In this document: one piece after another, positions 24,201 through 35,960 of the stretch
How positions within the stretch are numbered: position 1 is the stretch's first letter
Layout: each line of letters begins with the position of its first letter
Made by a program: the position numbers and the translations under genes
The notes under the pieces: model-generated
The model's input: the letters and a program-made list of their open reading frames with translations, nothing else
Database searches by the model: none
Told to the model about the DNA's origin: nothing
Assembly (NCBI RefSeq): GCF_964194025.1
Contig: NC_134474.1
Location: 20,026,001 to 20,090,000, forward strand
Source: Convolutriloba macropyga
Lineage: Eukaryota
DNA length: 64,000 nucleotides
Reading direction: 5' to 3'

Positions 24201-27200
24201 AGTTATTTTTGCACATGATACAATATCCAAAATGATAATTATTTTCAACAACACAAAAATATTGTTTTTGAACATTGATTTGAAAATTTGAANNNNNNNN
24301 NNNNNNNNNNNNNNNNNNNNNNNNNNNNNNNNNNNNNNNNNNNNNNNNNNNNNNNNNNNNNNNNNNNNNNNNNNNNNNNNNNNNNNNNNNNNNNNNNNNN
24401 NNNNNNNNNNNNNNNNNNNNNNNNNNNNNNNNNNNNNNNNNNNNNNNNNNNNNNNNNNNNNNNNNNNNNNNNNNNNNNNNNNNNNNNNNNNNNNNNNNNN
24501 NNNNNNNNNNNNNTATATATACATTTAGAACTGTTTCCTAAATTTTTTGTCAGATATATTTTTTTTTTGCTTTCAAGAAATAAACAAAAATCTTCTACGC
24601 ATGACTAAATGCGCAATCCCTATAAGTTGCTTACAGTCACCAAAGATAGCTTGAAATTGCAAACGAGATGTTAAATCAGCCATCTGGACTTTCAACGTAT
24701 TGTTTTCTTCAACAGCAATTGTTTTTAACTCTTTTTACTCAAATTGTTTTTATTTTTATTCAAGGATCCAATCCATAGCTTATTTGAATGCGTATTTTGC
24801 AACAAAATTTTTGATTGACTAGACTCGGTAAAGTACTTTTATTCCGCGCAGCATTACGTGTAAAGATATGAAAAACGCAAACAGCTCATCAAAAGATCGT
24901 GGTGATGTAGTGGTGAATTTAGTCCTGAGGTAACTTTTGGAACTCTTCTAATGGAGAGTTCAAAATCAACAACCAAACACTCGAACCGGCACCTGGGCAC
25001 TTCTTTCGGTCAGGGGAGGGGCAGTTTGGATAATTATATACTATTCTATTACCGACGGCTATCTTGCAAGATCTTGTTAGAATCTTGTAAGATAAGCGTC
25101 ATCTGCAAGAATCTTGGAAAGATCATGCAAGATAAAGCGTCGGAGTTCGACTAGGATAGTTCAAAGAAAGGTGGAGAAAACAGTTCCTGCAGATGTCTTA
25201 GATGTCTGCTTCAGTTTGAATACAATGGCCACACTCGATCCCCCGACCAGAGCAATTGGAATGAGGAACATGAATCCGAGGATGTTCGATTGCACATAGA
25301 TCTCAGCAAGGAGAGTCGAAGAGTCGAAGTCACACAGGCCTTCAAGGCCGATCTTCTGACTTTAGAAACGCTAGTTTTATGTTAATCTGTTTTTTAGTTT
25401 TCTCGCTAGCAATTGAGGCTGCTTGAGAAAAAAACTCACTCATGAACTTCTGTTTTAATGAACCTCTAGTTAAAATGCCAGAGTTCTCTATAATCAGAGC
25501 AAGCAGTTAACTTTCGCAAGCTTTCGGCATTTTCAAACAATTCGTGCAAATTTTCGTGACCGCAGATGTCACTTCAAAACTTTGGCGCCTCAATTTACAT
25601 TTGGAATCGTTACGTGGTTTTCGACAAACCGTACTTCTTGCCAGAAGACTTTTCAAACTGAATCTCGAAACTTATACTTAATGAACATTATACCGTTGTT
25701 ATCAACATGAAGAAATGATCAAACTCCGAGGCGAAGTCGAATTGATGACATTAAATGGCCAAGCGCCGAAAACCAAAATTTGAATAAAGTTTATGTTTGT
25801 TAAAACAAAACTATTATGAGCATGTAATTGGCCTAAAACTTTATTTCCCGAATTTTTTAAATAAATATTTGAGACGAAATTCTAATACCTAATTGTTCTT
25901 GTTATCAGTGGTATTTCCAATTTCAATCATTCATATTTGAAATTAATCACCATTTGGGCTTCCTTTTATTTCGGTAATTATTTCTGTATACGTGGGAAAG
26001 GGGAAATTTTGAAGCAAGTTTAAATGAAACTTGGTTAGTGTATCTAGTTTCCGCACACGCTTACAAATCTGAGCTAAAAACGTGAATCGTAAAAACACAT
26101 AACAAAATCGACACATAATCAAACCTCAATTTTCCCATCCCCGATCATTATTGTTGGCTACATGAAAAAATACCCATTGCCAAAATACCAAACGTGCCAT
26201 TTTGCCCAAAATATTCCTTTTAATCTTTCCATTCATTAACCCGATTACAATTTAGCACTCGATATTACAAGCATTTTTTGTCATATTTAAGCAAATACTT
26301 GATTGTTATGTCCGGTTGTGATAGCTTCATATTAAATCCCTCAAGCAACTGAGGCATGGTCATGGCCCACGAGGCATGCCCGAATGCAATGGCTAAATTA
26401 AATGCTAAATAATCGTTCTGTTAAATTAATCTCTTACTCTTTAGAATAAAATATTAGATATATTTTGGGTACTTTGACTTATTGAGTGTTTCGACTTTTG
26501 GCCTGGAAAACTGAAAAATGTGTCGAAATTTGTAGCAAGTAACAGAATGTTGTTTTTCGAGTAACATCAAGCGAATTGTTCAATATTGATGTTTGTTTTG
26601 CTTTTATTTCGACTTGTCTTTTTTTTCCGTGGTTGGCTCTGCATTCTATAAAGTGTACTGGTCTTCGTATTATTTTTGATTTTCAAATGTTTTTTTTCTC
26701 CCTTTATTATTTTCTTTACTTTGGATGAAAAAAATAATGCGACGTTTCCGCAATACAAAATGGTATTTTGCATAATCGAAGAAATAGACCATAATTTAAA
26801 GACGTGTTCAACCTTAGGTTGCTATAAAATTAGTATCAAAATTAGGTAATTACTTTCAATCAAAACAAGGAAAAATGATGTAATCTTTTTTATGATTGTT
26901 CTTGATGTAATGATGACGTTATCATTGTTTGGTTTGTCTTTAAACAACACACATGGTGCATGCCTTAACTTGCTTCAACTCAAACGGCAGAAATTCACAA
27001 TGGGGGCCTCAAATAATGTTTAAGAGCTTTGTTAATTGAATACCGAGTAAGATCAATTTCTCTCACAAATATGGAAACATGCATGAGAAACTCGTTCGAA
27101 AAGTAAAATTGGACAGATAAAAAACCATGGGCTAAAAAATTGCAGATATGATCAAGTGGAACCAAATAATTGCTGTAAACTTTGTCTTTTAGAGCTATTA

Positions 27201-30200
27201 GAAATCAACCACCAATGCTACGAATTTTTAAAAAATTTTTGTAGCATATTTTGAAGAGGTAGTTTTCTGGGAATAAAAGACTATTTATGTTAGCAAACCA
27301 TTAAAAATGTTGTGTCCTATTCCCTCTTTTTCTGAAATTACATAAAAACAAGGATGGAAACATTGCACCCACCCCTAAATTTATAAGCAAAAAATCAAGA
27401 AAGAAACCGTTACTTTTGAGACCATACTATTTCGGCAGTGCATGTATTCTACAAAGTTTAGATCTTAAGGTAATTTTATATTTTTTTCTGACGACCAATA
27501 TGATAGAACAGCGGCCTCTTGGAGGAGAAAGTCCAAATCGGAATATCATTGGAATGCAGAAAATGCAAGTGGCCACAACAACTGCTATGCAGGCACCCAA
27601 AGCGTACTTGGGCTTCGATTTCTGGTAGTATTTGACTGGAACCCACACGGCCAGTAAACGATCGAAAGATAGTCCAGCCAGGCAAAAGTTCGCTAAAAAT
27701 TCATTATAACCTCTCATCAACTGCACAATACCTAATATAATTATTATCTTTAAAAACTATATACAATTAGTGTCTCTGGTGCTCGTGACCTTCTCTTAAA
27801 TCTTCAATTTCACCTAGTAATCAATTAACCAAAAATATAGTTGGAATCTTGCAAGAAGCTGTTATGTTTTATTGCAAAGGATCCTTTTTCGAAAGATTTC
27901 ATTAAATATTTGTACTAATTAGTCAACATTTATTTTTGCTGGATACACTACCCACAATGATTCCTATTACTATTCACATTACCAAATTTTCTCAATAAAA
28001 CTTCAATAGCAGCAAAAAATATTTTGAGGGGAATGAGCGTATTCTGTGCGCTCTTATTTTCTGATCAATCTTTTTTTCCTATTTTTGAATTTTTAAAAAA
28101 ATATATTGAAAATGTATGTACATTCATGATTTCAACCCAAAACTTAAACACAGACATTGGAAAATTTTGTCCCAACTCTTTAAATATTTTTTAAAATGTA
28201 TAACTCTGGAAGCATAAAATATTTTCAGGCTGAAACCCTCAGTTAGCTATTTGAACAACACTATGTCTCAGCTACATAAGCAAGCTGCACGGGCAAACTC
28301 TCGTTAACAAAAAGGACTGCGGTTCTTTTTGGAAAGGTTGAAGTAACTTATTTTTGGGCAATTTATGTGCCATTTTCTGGTAACATTTTTTTCAAAATCG
28401 CGGTTTTTTTAAGTCTCCAAATTTTTAGGCAGCAATTTTTCTGATGTCTGTATAATGTAAAATCACTTCGAAAGAGCTCTCTGCATCAAAATACACTCTT
28501 TGTTTTTTGTAGAAAAAAGTAGACAGTATAATGGAAACGTTTACAAAGTTACAAACGTTCACCTAACATTTTTTCTAAAGTATGTTAAGTTTGACAGCTT
28601 TTGACAAGGGGTGAAATTTTCTAGTTAATCAGATTTACAAATAGAGGAGTTGAGACAAATAGGTAAAACAAATTTGCAAAACTACGCTTTGAGAGAAAAA
28701 AGTTTTTTTTCGCTCTCAGAGAAAAAAAGTTTTTCTGTTTACCGAAGTTTTTTGTGCGACATTTTTTTTTTCGTTTTGTTCAAATATTTACTCAATTCTT
28801 ATCTAAACTGTTCAGATTTTAGAAAATTGTTTGGTACCTCAAAAACGTAAATAATTCATATAAATCATAACAATTTTATGGCGTCTCATTTTCTCTTCTT
28901 CAATTACTTCGATGAAAAATGTTTGTTTGAGTGATGAAATCAAACCATAGTTCGATTCTTCAGACAAATGGGGCAAATTGGTTTTGAAAAAAAAACACAT
29001 TGAACACAACAAAAGTTCAATTTGTATTATTGCGACGGTTAAATAGAACATGATGCTAAAATTTTTGAAAAAATTACTCTTTATTAGCCCTTATAATACA
29101 CATTTTCTCTCAACGGCCTTCCAAGTACCCTGGGCAATTAGAATACAAAGATTTTTTCCCAGGAGAATTTTTGCCGTGCTTTGTCATCAATATCATAAAA
29201 TTGCCATAAAAAACGTTTTCAACTCACTTTCCTGCTTAGTTAAACAAATTGAAGGAAAACATCAAAAGACAATTTCTTTTGAGATAAACTTCAACACTCT
29301 AAGGCAATGGCAACCGAAGATGCGTTTTAAATAGAAAAGAAAAACAAACTAATAAATATTTTTTTCAAAAGTAAATGTATGAAAGGCAACAATTCTTGTT
29401 CTTTTATTTCAAAGTTTGTCATATTTAGACTGCTAATAAAATTTTTCTCATTATCATTTTTTCTCAGAAAAGTTTTGTTAGAACTGGCTTCATTTATTTT
29501 AAGCCTTGTTTCTCGAAAAATGAAAAACCTGAAAAAGATTCTCAAAGATGACTTACGTTATTCAAGTTTTTCTCAGTCTTAGGTTGTTTATTTAACTCTC
29601 ATCAAAAAATAATCATCGGCCATAATTAGCTGAAAAATTTGGAGCTGGAATAATGTTTTTATCCGCCAAATATATGAGGAGTGTTGGATTAAAATTAAAA
29701 CTTCTTCTTTGTTTTACATCATGATGATGTGTCACAATTTGATTGTTCAAAAACAGAATTTCTTCTTTTCCTATCATTGATTACTTAGATATCTAGTATT
29801 TGTACTCCTTCAATGCATTTTTTTTACTTTCAGGATCTGGAACAAACAAAAATTGCACCGGCAGACTGCAAATAGTTGTGTTCTATTACAAAAAATTTGA
29901 GGGCTTCCCAAACTTTACGTAATAGAGCGCAATAATCGTAATGTTTCCGTGCTTTTTTGTGCGTTTCTGGGTTTTCTGGTTATTTTAAACCATAATGATA
30001 TGTCACAATTTGATTGTTCAAAAACAGAATTTGTTTTTTTCCTATTATTGATTACTTAGATATCTAGTATTTGTACTCCTTCAATGCATTGTTTTTTACT
30101 TTCAGGATCTGGAACAAACAAAAAATGCACTGGCAGACTGCAAATAGTTGTGATCTATTATAAAAAATTTGGCAGACTTCCGAAAATTTTCTTTCATAGA

Positions 30201-33200
30201 GCACAACAATCGTAATGTTTCCGTGTTTTTTTGTGCGTTTCTGGGTTTTCTGGACCTCTAACTCTATTTGCTCGTCAGCCCATCTTTCCCTGCGTCTTTC
30301 GAATTTCCCGAAGAATTAGGGGAAGTTTGCCTTTTGTCCATATTTTATCTCTGAATTTAATGCAGATCCCATTAGGACGTCTTGACGTTTTACCCGCAAC
30401 TAGTTTCTTTTTCCCACAACTCCCACAGAGAAATTTGAAATTCCCGCATTTCACACTGAGAAAAAATTAGATCATTTTAATACTTATTAGCGCTTAGAAA
30501 TCTCAAGAACATGTGAGAAAAAATGGAAGAAAAGAAAAAAGTGAAAACTTACAAAGTTTTTCAGGAAAATATGCACCTGGTTTTTTCCTGATTATTCCGC
30601 TCATTGATTACGGTTTTATTCGAAAATCCAGGACCAGGGAAGATAACTTCCGTTGTGGAAAAATCGTTGATTTTTAAATCAATTAATCGAAACGGAGCCC
30701 CAAAAAGGCTTTGATGTGCATGTAAAATTAGTTCCTTTATTTATTCAAAATTTCGGTTTTGAACGGCAAAGACAAAAAATTGAACACTTTTTGGTATTAA
30801 TTCAATCCATTCGAACAGAAAACTTACATATGATCATTGTACAACCAGAGTAGTAGGCAAGAGTCTTGCACACTGGTAGGTTGAGTCCTCTCAAGTTCAA
30901 TCCAAATAGAGGCATACACGTGTTCAAAAGCACCCGAATGCACGCAAGATTGTCAGCTACTGCCAGGCACTGAAAAAAATGAAATTCAAAATTTGGAAAT
31001 TATCCACAAAATTTCAATTTCTCATTTAGAGTTGAAAAAGTTTTTGACTTCGGAAACTGTTGTATATCATTTTTAAATGCAGCCAAGAAACTGTGCGTAA
31101 AGGAAAATTTAAAAAACGACTTCCATTTTTACTGTGTTTTATATTTACCGCACTCTTGTTACCGCAGGATTTTCGCCACAAATTTCTTACATAATATTGT
31201 GGCAAAAGGGTTGAATTCTTAAATTTTGAAAGCTTCACAAATGCTTGCCTTCGTGAACAATTTTGGGGGTTTCTGTTTTCCAATAAATTTAACTGAATCG
31301 TATATGTATCATATTTGTGTTTTAAAATCCAAAACTACCAGAAGTTATTATAGTGTTTTTTAAGATAAATTTTTTTACGATAGTTTTTAAAGTGACTAAA
31401 AAATGGCGTATAAGATTGAATATTGGCCTTGGCAATCAAAGCGTTGTAAATCTGAAGTAACTTGGTTTCTGTGATCTGTCTCTTATCACAGCGCAAAGAT
31501 ATCCCAGCTTACCGAAGCATCATAAACCTTTTTATGTTTCGTCCTTTCTTTTCAAATTCAAAATATCTGTTGCTATTGTTTTAGGGATAAATTTGTACTT
31601 TTCCAAAATCTAGTGTTGAGCGTTTTGCGTATCCTATCTACAAAACTATGTCAAGCTCTGAGATCAATATTGATGACTGTTTTCATGATGAAAAAGTGGA
31701 AAAATATTTCAAAAAAATTTTTAGTTTGCTTCTTAGATTCTGAATTAAAAGAAAACGACAGCAATTTAATTATTTAATTTAGTAGCTAACAAAGACAGCT
31801 TGGCATTGTTCTTATCATTGAACTATTAAAGTTGAAACGTTTGAACTTAATTTCTGGACACTTGGGTATTACTAGATCATCACAACTTTTTAATTTTACA
31901 CATTTTGGGTATAAATATTTCCAACTTAAAGCGATTTTAAAAGTTTTTAAAACATAACTGTGGACATCGCTTAATTGTTTAGAATTTCTTTATATCAGTT
32001 TAACAAGTTAATATAGCACTTTAGTACTTTGCCAGAAAAATTGTCAAGTAGCTATAATAAAGTTAAATAGGTTAATAATAAAGTTAAAGGTTACTAAGTA
32101 AAGTATGGCACCTGCGCCTGCGGGGTGTAAAAGTTCTATGCCCACTAAGCTGCGGGGGGGGGGGGGGGGGAGGGAGGGAGGGGGGGAGGGTGTTGGGATG
32201 AGTAGATTCCAAACCAGTTTGCCTTTGCACGTTCTGCCTCATTTACACTGCTCCATTTTCCATTTAATTTGAAAATATTGTCCTCAAAATATTGACGGAA
32301 AATGTGTATTTTTTCAATGTTTATCACTAGATTTTAAAAAGTATTGTTCAATAACGATATAAGAACAAATTTTAGGCCATGGTTTGATGTCCCGTGTGTT
32401 CTCTCAATTTTAAAAACTACATGAAGACGTGTGTAGCTCTTGTGGAATGAAGAATGAACTTCTCCATGTTTCTTCTTGAAACCCGGGTCGAGGTTTGGTC
32501 AAAAAATAATGTAAGATTAGCGGTGAATAGCGGTGATAAAAAACTTTTTCAAACGCAAAGCACCCGCATCTCTTATCGTTGAATGCGGTGAATTTTTGCC
32601 GTTTTTAGTGGTGAAATTTTTTTTTACCGCATTCACCCGATTTCTTACAAAAAAGAAACTATCTTACACGGTTTCGACCAGCTCACCTTCTGCATGTCAA
32701 CAACTTTTTATTCCACTGCGCCATCTGTCACTTAGTTCAATGATATTTCCTGTGAATATAAGATAAGCGTTAAAATTAGCGCGGTGAATATTTGAAAGAC
32801 TTGCGATTTTAGCGGTGAAAAAATTTTTTTCACCGCATCCTGCTGGTACCGATTAAATTTTTTTTCACTGCATTCAACTGGTAGCGGTGAAAAATTTTCT
32901 TTCACCGCTTAAGCGGTGAAAAAAAACTTTTGACCGCTTAAAAGTTTTTTCCACCGCATTCATCGCATTGAACGAAAATCTTACTTTTTTACTCATATTC
33001 CTCGCAAATCTTACATCTCTTAGCGATTTCCAGCGGTGACACCTCGACCCGGGAAACATTAAGTTAATATCTCTGCTTATGAAGTCATTTAGAACTTCAG
33101 GCGTTAAACAAAAACGCTAAGCGGTTCGAGATGTTTATCTAGAATTTCGAAGTGAATTCTGCAGAGTCTCAGCTTGCACGTATTAAACTGAAAGAAGTTC

Positions 33201-34004
33201 CTGGAAGTCAATTTCTGGATATTTATAAGGAATCTTTGGTATTTTAACTTCGGGCACTGCAGACTTTCGGCATTTTAAATTGCGGGCGGGACTGTTTTTA
33301 GCCTGTGTTGGATCTTCCTTTTTAATGCACAGGGCTCGGAGTGTTGCATTCTAATATTGAACAAAAACGCGCTCATCTAGCTAGATTGGCATAATTGAGG
33401 CGGATATTATTTGTGCTTCATTGCCCTAAAAACACGCACAACGTTTTGTGACAGCTCAAATCACAAAGTTGTTCTTTCTTTATATTTTATATTAGACCAT
33501 TTCAGACGACAATAAAAGCATAAATGTTTCAATTTAAGCGAGTTAAAATAAGTCGGCTCTATCTTATGCTTAAGAGCAAAAAAAATCGTCCCTTGTCTTC
33601 GTAGCGTGTGCGAATTACAAACTGTGAAACGCAGGAGACAATCCAGGAGGATTTGTTTCAATTCCTACAAAAATTTTTTTTTCACTAAAGAAGAGGCAGA
33701 AGAAGAAATAATCTGAAGTTGTCAAAAATTCCACTACCTTCATAAACACGGTCCCACTAGATTCTCCATTTTCCACAATTTTTGATGATGCCAAGAATGT
33801 CAGAAGGTTCCCGAACAATCCCATGGAACACACCACGAAGATGATCCATCGGATAACCTTTACTAGATCCTGGAACCTCAGTTGACCTGGACCTCTAGGA
33901 CCTGATGGACCACCGGGTTCTCCTCCGATCGTTTCGTTGAGACCCTTTGAAGACGTAAAAGTTAGATTGAAAAAATAAACGAAACAATTGATAGAAGGTG
34001 GCAT
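21108..34004 (-). CDS. Class A (rhodopsin-like) GPCR, probably a neuropeptide/peptide receptor; exons 34004-33738, 30969-30828, 27692-27493, 25355-25187, 22971-22802, 21251-21108 (about 363 aa)
   Basis: The exons join in frame and give all seven TMs in order: TM1 GLFGNLLT; TM2 CLAVADNL; ECL1/TM3 Cys (VCKT) and SFDRLLAVWVP; TM4 and ECL2 Cys (RGRC); TM5 GFMFLIPIAL; ICL3/TM6 KKEREITLSLVLLAAFF; TM7 LNNAMNFFLY; helix 8 SESFR; then a TGA stop. Introns 1, 2, 3 and 5 are GT-AG, and the intron 4 donor is non-canonical as modelled. The true start and the exon 3/4 junction are uncertain. Confidence 0.9.
22802..22971 (-). CDS. GPCR exon 5 (ICL3, TM6, ECL3)
   Basis: atgtag|CT-AANTSSRKKEREITLSLVLLAAFFTVNMLLGSISLILTTGRYVTDFSTEFLLKISK|gttagt. 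Confidence 0.88.
25050..25155. mobile_element. Short MITE remnant with repeated CTTGCAAG-like motifs, in GPCR intron 4
   Basis: Repeated atcttgcaag/aatcttg motifs lie between CCGACG and its complement CGTCGG. The right end TTCGACTAGG resembles the CCCGGGTCGA-type termini elsewhere in the window, and the left terminus is missing. Confidence 0.45.
25187..25355 (-). CDS. GPCR exon 4 (end of ECL2, TM5); not in the ORF track
   Basis: KIGLEGLCDFDSSTLLAEIYVQSNILGFMFLIPIALVGGSSVAIVFKLKQTSKTSA gives a TM5 with the conserved Pro, in the correct position. Both boundaries are uncertain by a few codons. Confidence 0.85.
27493..27692 (-). CDS. GPCR exon 3 (TM3 DRL motif, ICL2, TM4, ECL2)
   Basis: atttttag|CG completes Ser in phase 1, followed by NFCLAGLSFDRLLAVWVPVKYYQKSKPKYALGACIAVVVATCIFCIPMIFRFGLSPPRGRCSIILV. 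The donor is gtcaga, or gtcgtc 3 nt earlier. Confidence 0.9.
29722..30252 (+). repeat. Tandem duplication, two copies of about 270 bp, in GPCR intron 2
   Basis: The block tgtcacaatttgattgttcaaaaacagaattt...gtgcgtttctgggttttctgg occurs at about 29730 and again at about 30001. Confidence 0.92.
30828..30969 (-). CDS. GPCR exon 2 (TM2-ECL1-start of TM3); not in the ORF track
   Basis: ttttttcag|CLAVADNLACIRVLLNTCMPLFGLNLRGLNLPVCKTLAYYSGCTMII-T|gtaagt; phases 0 and 1 fit the neighbouring exons. Confidence 0.92.
32154..32190 (+). repeat. G-rich tract with G-quadruplex potential
   Basis: A long G homopolymer is followed by agggagggagggggg. Confidence 0.7.
32482..33053. mobile_element. Non-autonomous DNA transposon (CACTA/EnSpm-like MITE), 572 bp, in GPCR intron 1
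   Basis: Perfect 13-bp TIR CCCGGGTCGAGGT...ACCTCGACCCGGG, with AAA on both flanks (2-3-bp TSD). The interior is filled with GCGGTGAA/TTCACCGC motifs in both orientations. Confidence 0.85.
33738..34004 (-). CDS. GPCR exon 1 (N-terminus, TM1, ICL1)
   Basis: ORF 33615-34004 read up to ...SGTVFMK|gtagtg; N-glycosylation sequons NLT and NET; GN motif in TM1. Confidence 0.88.
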
Positions 34005-34429
34005 GCTAAAATTGAGAAAATGTCAGTTTAGAAACGCTGCTCTATCAGAGCTCTAAGCGCTGCAATTTTCGGGCTTGAAAGGTCTCAAATAAATTATCTC
34101 AAAATAATTTAAGCCTCATTGGAGACCTGAATAGTGCTGATGCAAATTTTATTATACATGTTTAATTAACAGTTTTCTTACCCGGACCTGAGTCGCGGTA
34201 CATTTCAAGATTAAAAACCTAATTCAGTTCTAAAACATTGCATCTCCAGAAAATTTTATACTTCTTTAAGTGCAGTGTTCCTTCATTATGATTATATTGA
34301 TGTCATAGAATTATATTGAGGTCATTATAATTTAAAAAGCATTGCATTGATCATTGTGGTCTTAACGTGAACAGTGGAGAGCTTGTGTAGTTAAGAAACC
34401 TAGTTCAAAGCAAAAACGCTACACTTGGA

Positions 34430-35960
34430 AAAAATTTTGTTTAGATTTATTACCGAAGAAGAATAATGATACAATAAAATGACTTGGTAAAAATAAATCT
34501 CTTGGTCCACCTCTTATTCCCGCATGGGCTCTTAAAGATGCGAGTCCTATTGTTAATCATCGTCTAAGCTACATTGTGAAAAACTGCAAAAAAGAATCTT
34601 TTTTTCCCAAATGCCTAAAAAAAGCTCAAATAAAACCGCTTCTCAAAAAATAAGACCTTGAAGAACCGAATAATTATAGACTAATATCAGTTACCCCCTG
34701 TCTCCCTAAATTAAATGAAAACCTTATGAGAAATCAAATCAAGGATTATTGGAATTTTAATCGCATTTTCGGTACACATCAATATGGTTTCAAAAAGTCT
34801 ACAATAGATGCAATAATGTACGCAACACAGTTCATCAAAAAAGAAACAGATGAAAACAAATTTGTAACAGCAGCGTTGCTTGATCTATCCAAGGCTTTTG
34901 ACTCAATTAATCACGAAATACTAAGCATCAGGCTTGATGATCCGGGCTTCAAAATATATTTGCACTGAAATTAATTAGTAGTTTTCTATCGGATGGAAGT
35001 CAGTCAGTGCTATTAAATGATATTTTATCAGACTGTTTAAGTGTTGAAAGAGGTGTTCTTCAGGGCACTGTTTTAGGATTTCTTTTGTTCAATCTGTATA
35101 TCAATGATATGTATGAGCAAGTAGACAACAAAAAAACAGAGCTAATTGAATATGCAGATGACACAGTTATTTTCACCTATGTCCATTCTATTGAAAAAAG
35201 TCCAAACCAGCTCTCATTATGTGCTATGAAATAAACCAGTTACTTCAGAGAACATCAACTGGGTACGAACGCTTCAAAGGCTGAGTTTATAGCTTTTAGC
35301 CACATTGTAACAAAAAATCGGAGAGAACTTCTAAAAATTGACAGCACTATCGTTGAGGAAAAACAAGAAATCAAATATTTGGGTGTTCAGATAGACAATA
35401 GATCAACATTCCAGAGCGAAGTCAAAATTCTGTTGAAAAAAATGGCGCTTGGAGTAACAACCATATAGGCAATTCGCAAATTTTACCAAGATCATCATAA
35501 AAATAATCTTGAATGCTCTTGTTTTGAGTCACGTTCATAACTCTGCCGTAGTAATTCAATCGATTGCAAAAAATCTTTTAGTGTCAATAGAAAAACAAAT
35601 CAACTGGGCCTTAAAAACTTCTTTTTGTCTGTCGAAACTTGAGTCAACCATAAAACTCAGATTAAAGCATAACATTTTACCTATACAATTTTTCATTGAA
35701 ACCAAAAGATTATAAAACTTTTGGAAAAATCAATCGGGCCATCCCCTTGCTTTCTCTCCAAAAATGGGTCAATCGCTTCCTACTTGGTCAATAGTACTAT
35801 CAAGCCGAATAAAAAATCTTTTCTGGAACGTAAGTTCAAAAGTCATAATTTAAAAAACTGCTTTACTCGTACAGCAATCGAGGATTGGAATCGCTTACCA
35901 GAATCATTGAAAAACGAAGAGCAGCAAAAAGACTTTAAAAGTAAATTGATTGTAATGTAA
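34430..35960 (+). mobile_element. Decayed, 5'-truncated LINE (L2/CR1-like) reverse transcriptase
   Basis: Fragments NYRLISVTP, HQYGFK, LLDLSKAFDSINH, GVLQGTVLGFLLFNLYIND, YADDT, KYLGV.ID and WNRLPESLK, with several stops and frameshifts. Confidence 0.92.

Noticed and set aside
25354-27492. Direct repeat GTCAGAA at both ends of GPCR intron 3 read as the TSD of an intron-generating insertion
   Set aside because: The two copies sit in different reading frames, so precise removal would not restore the ORF. A 7-bp match is also weak evidence.
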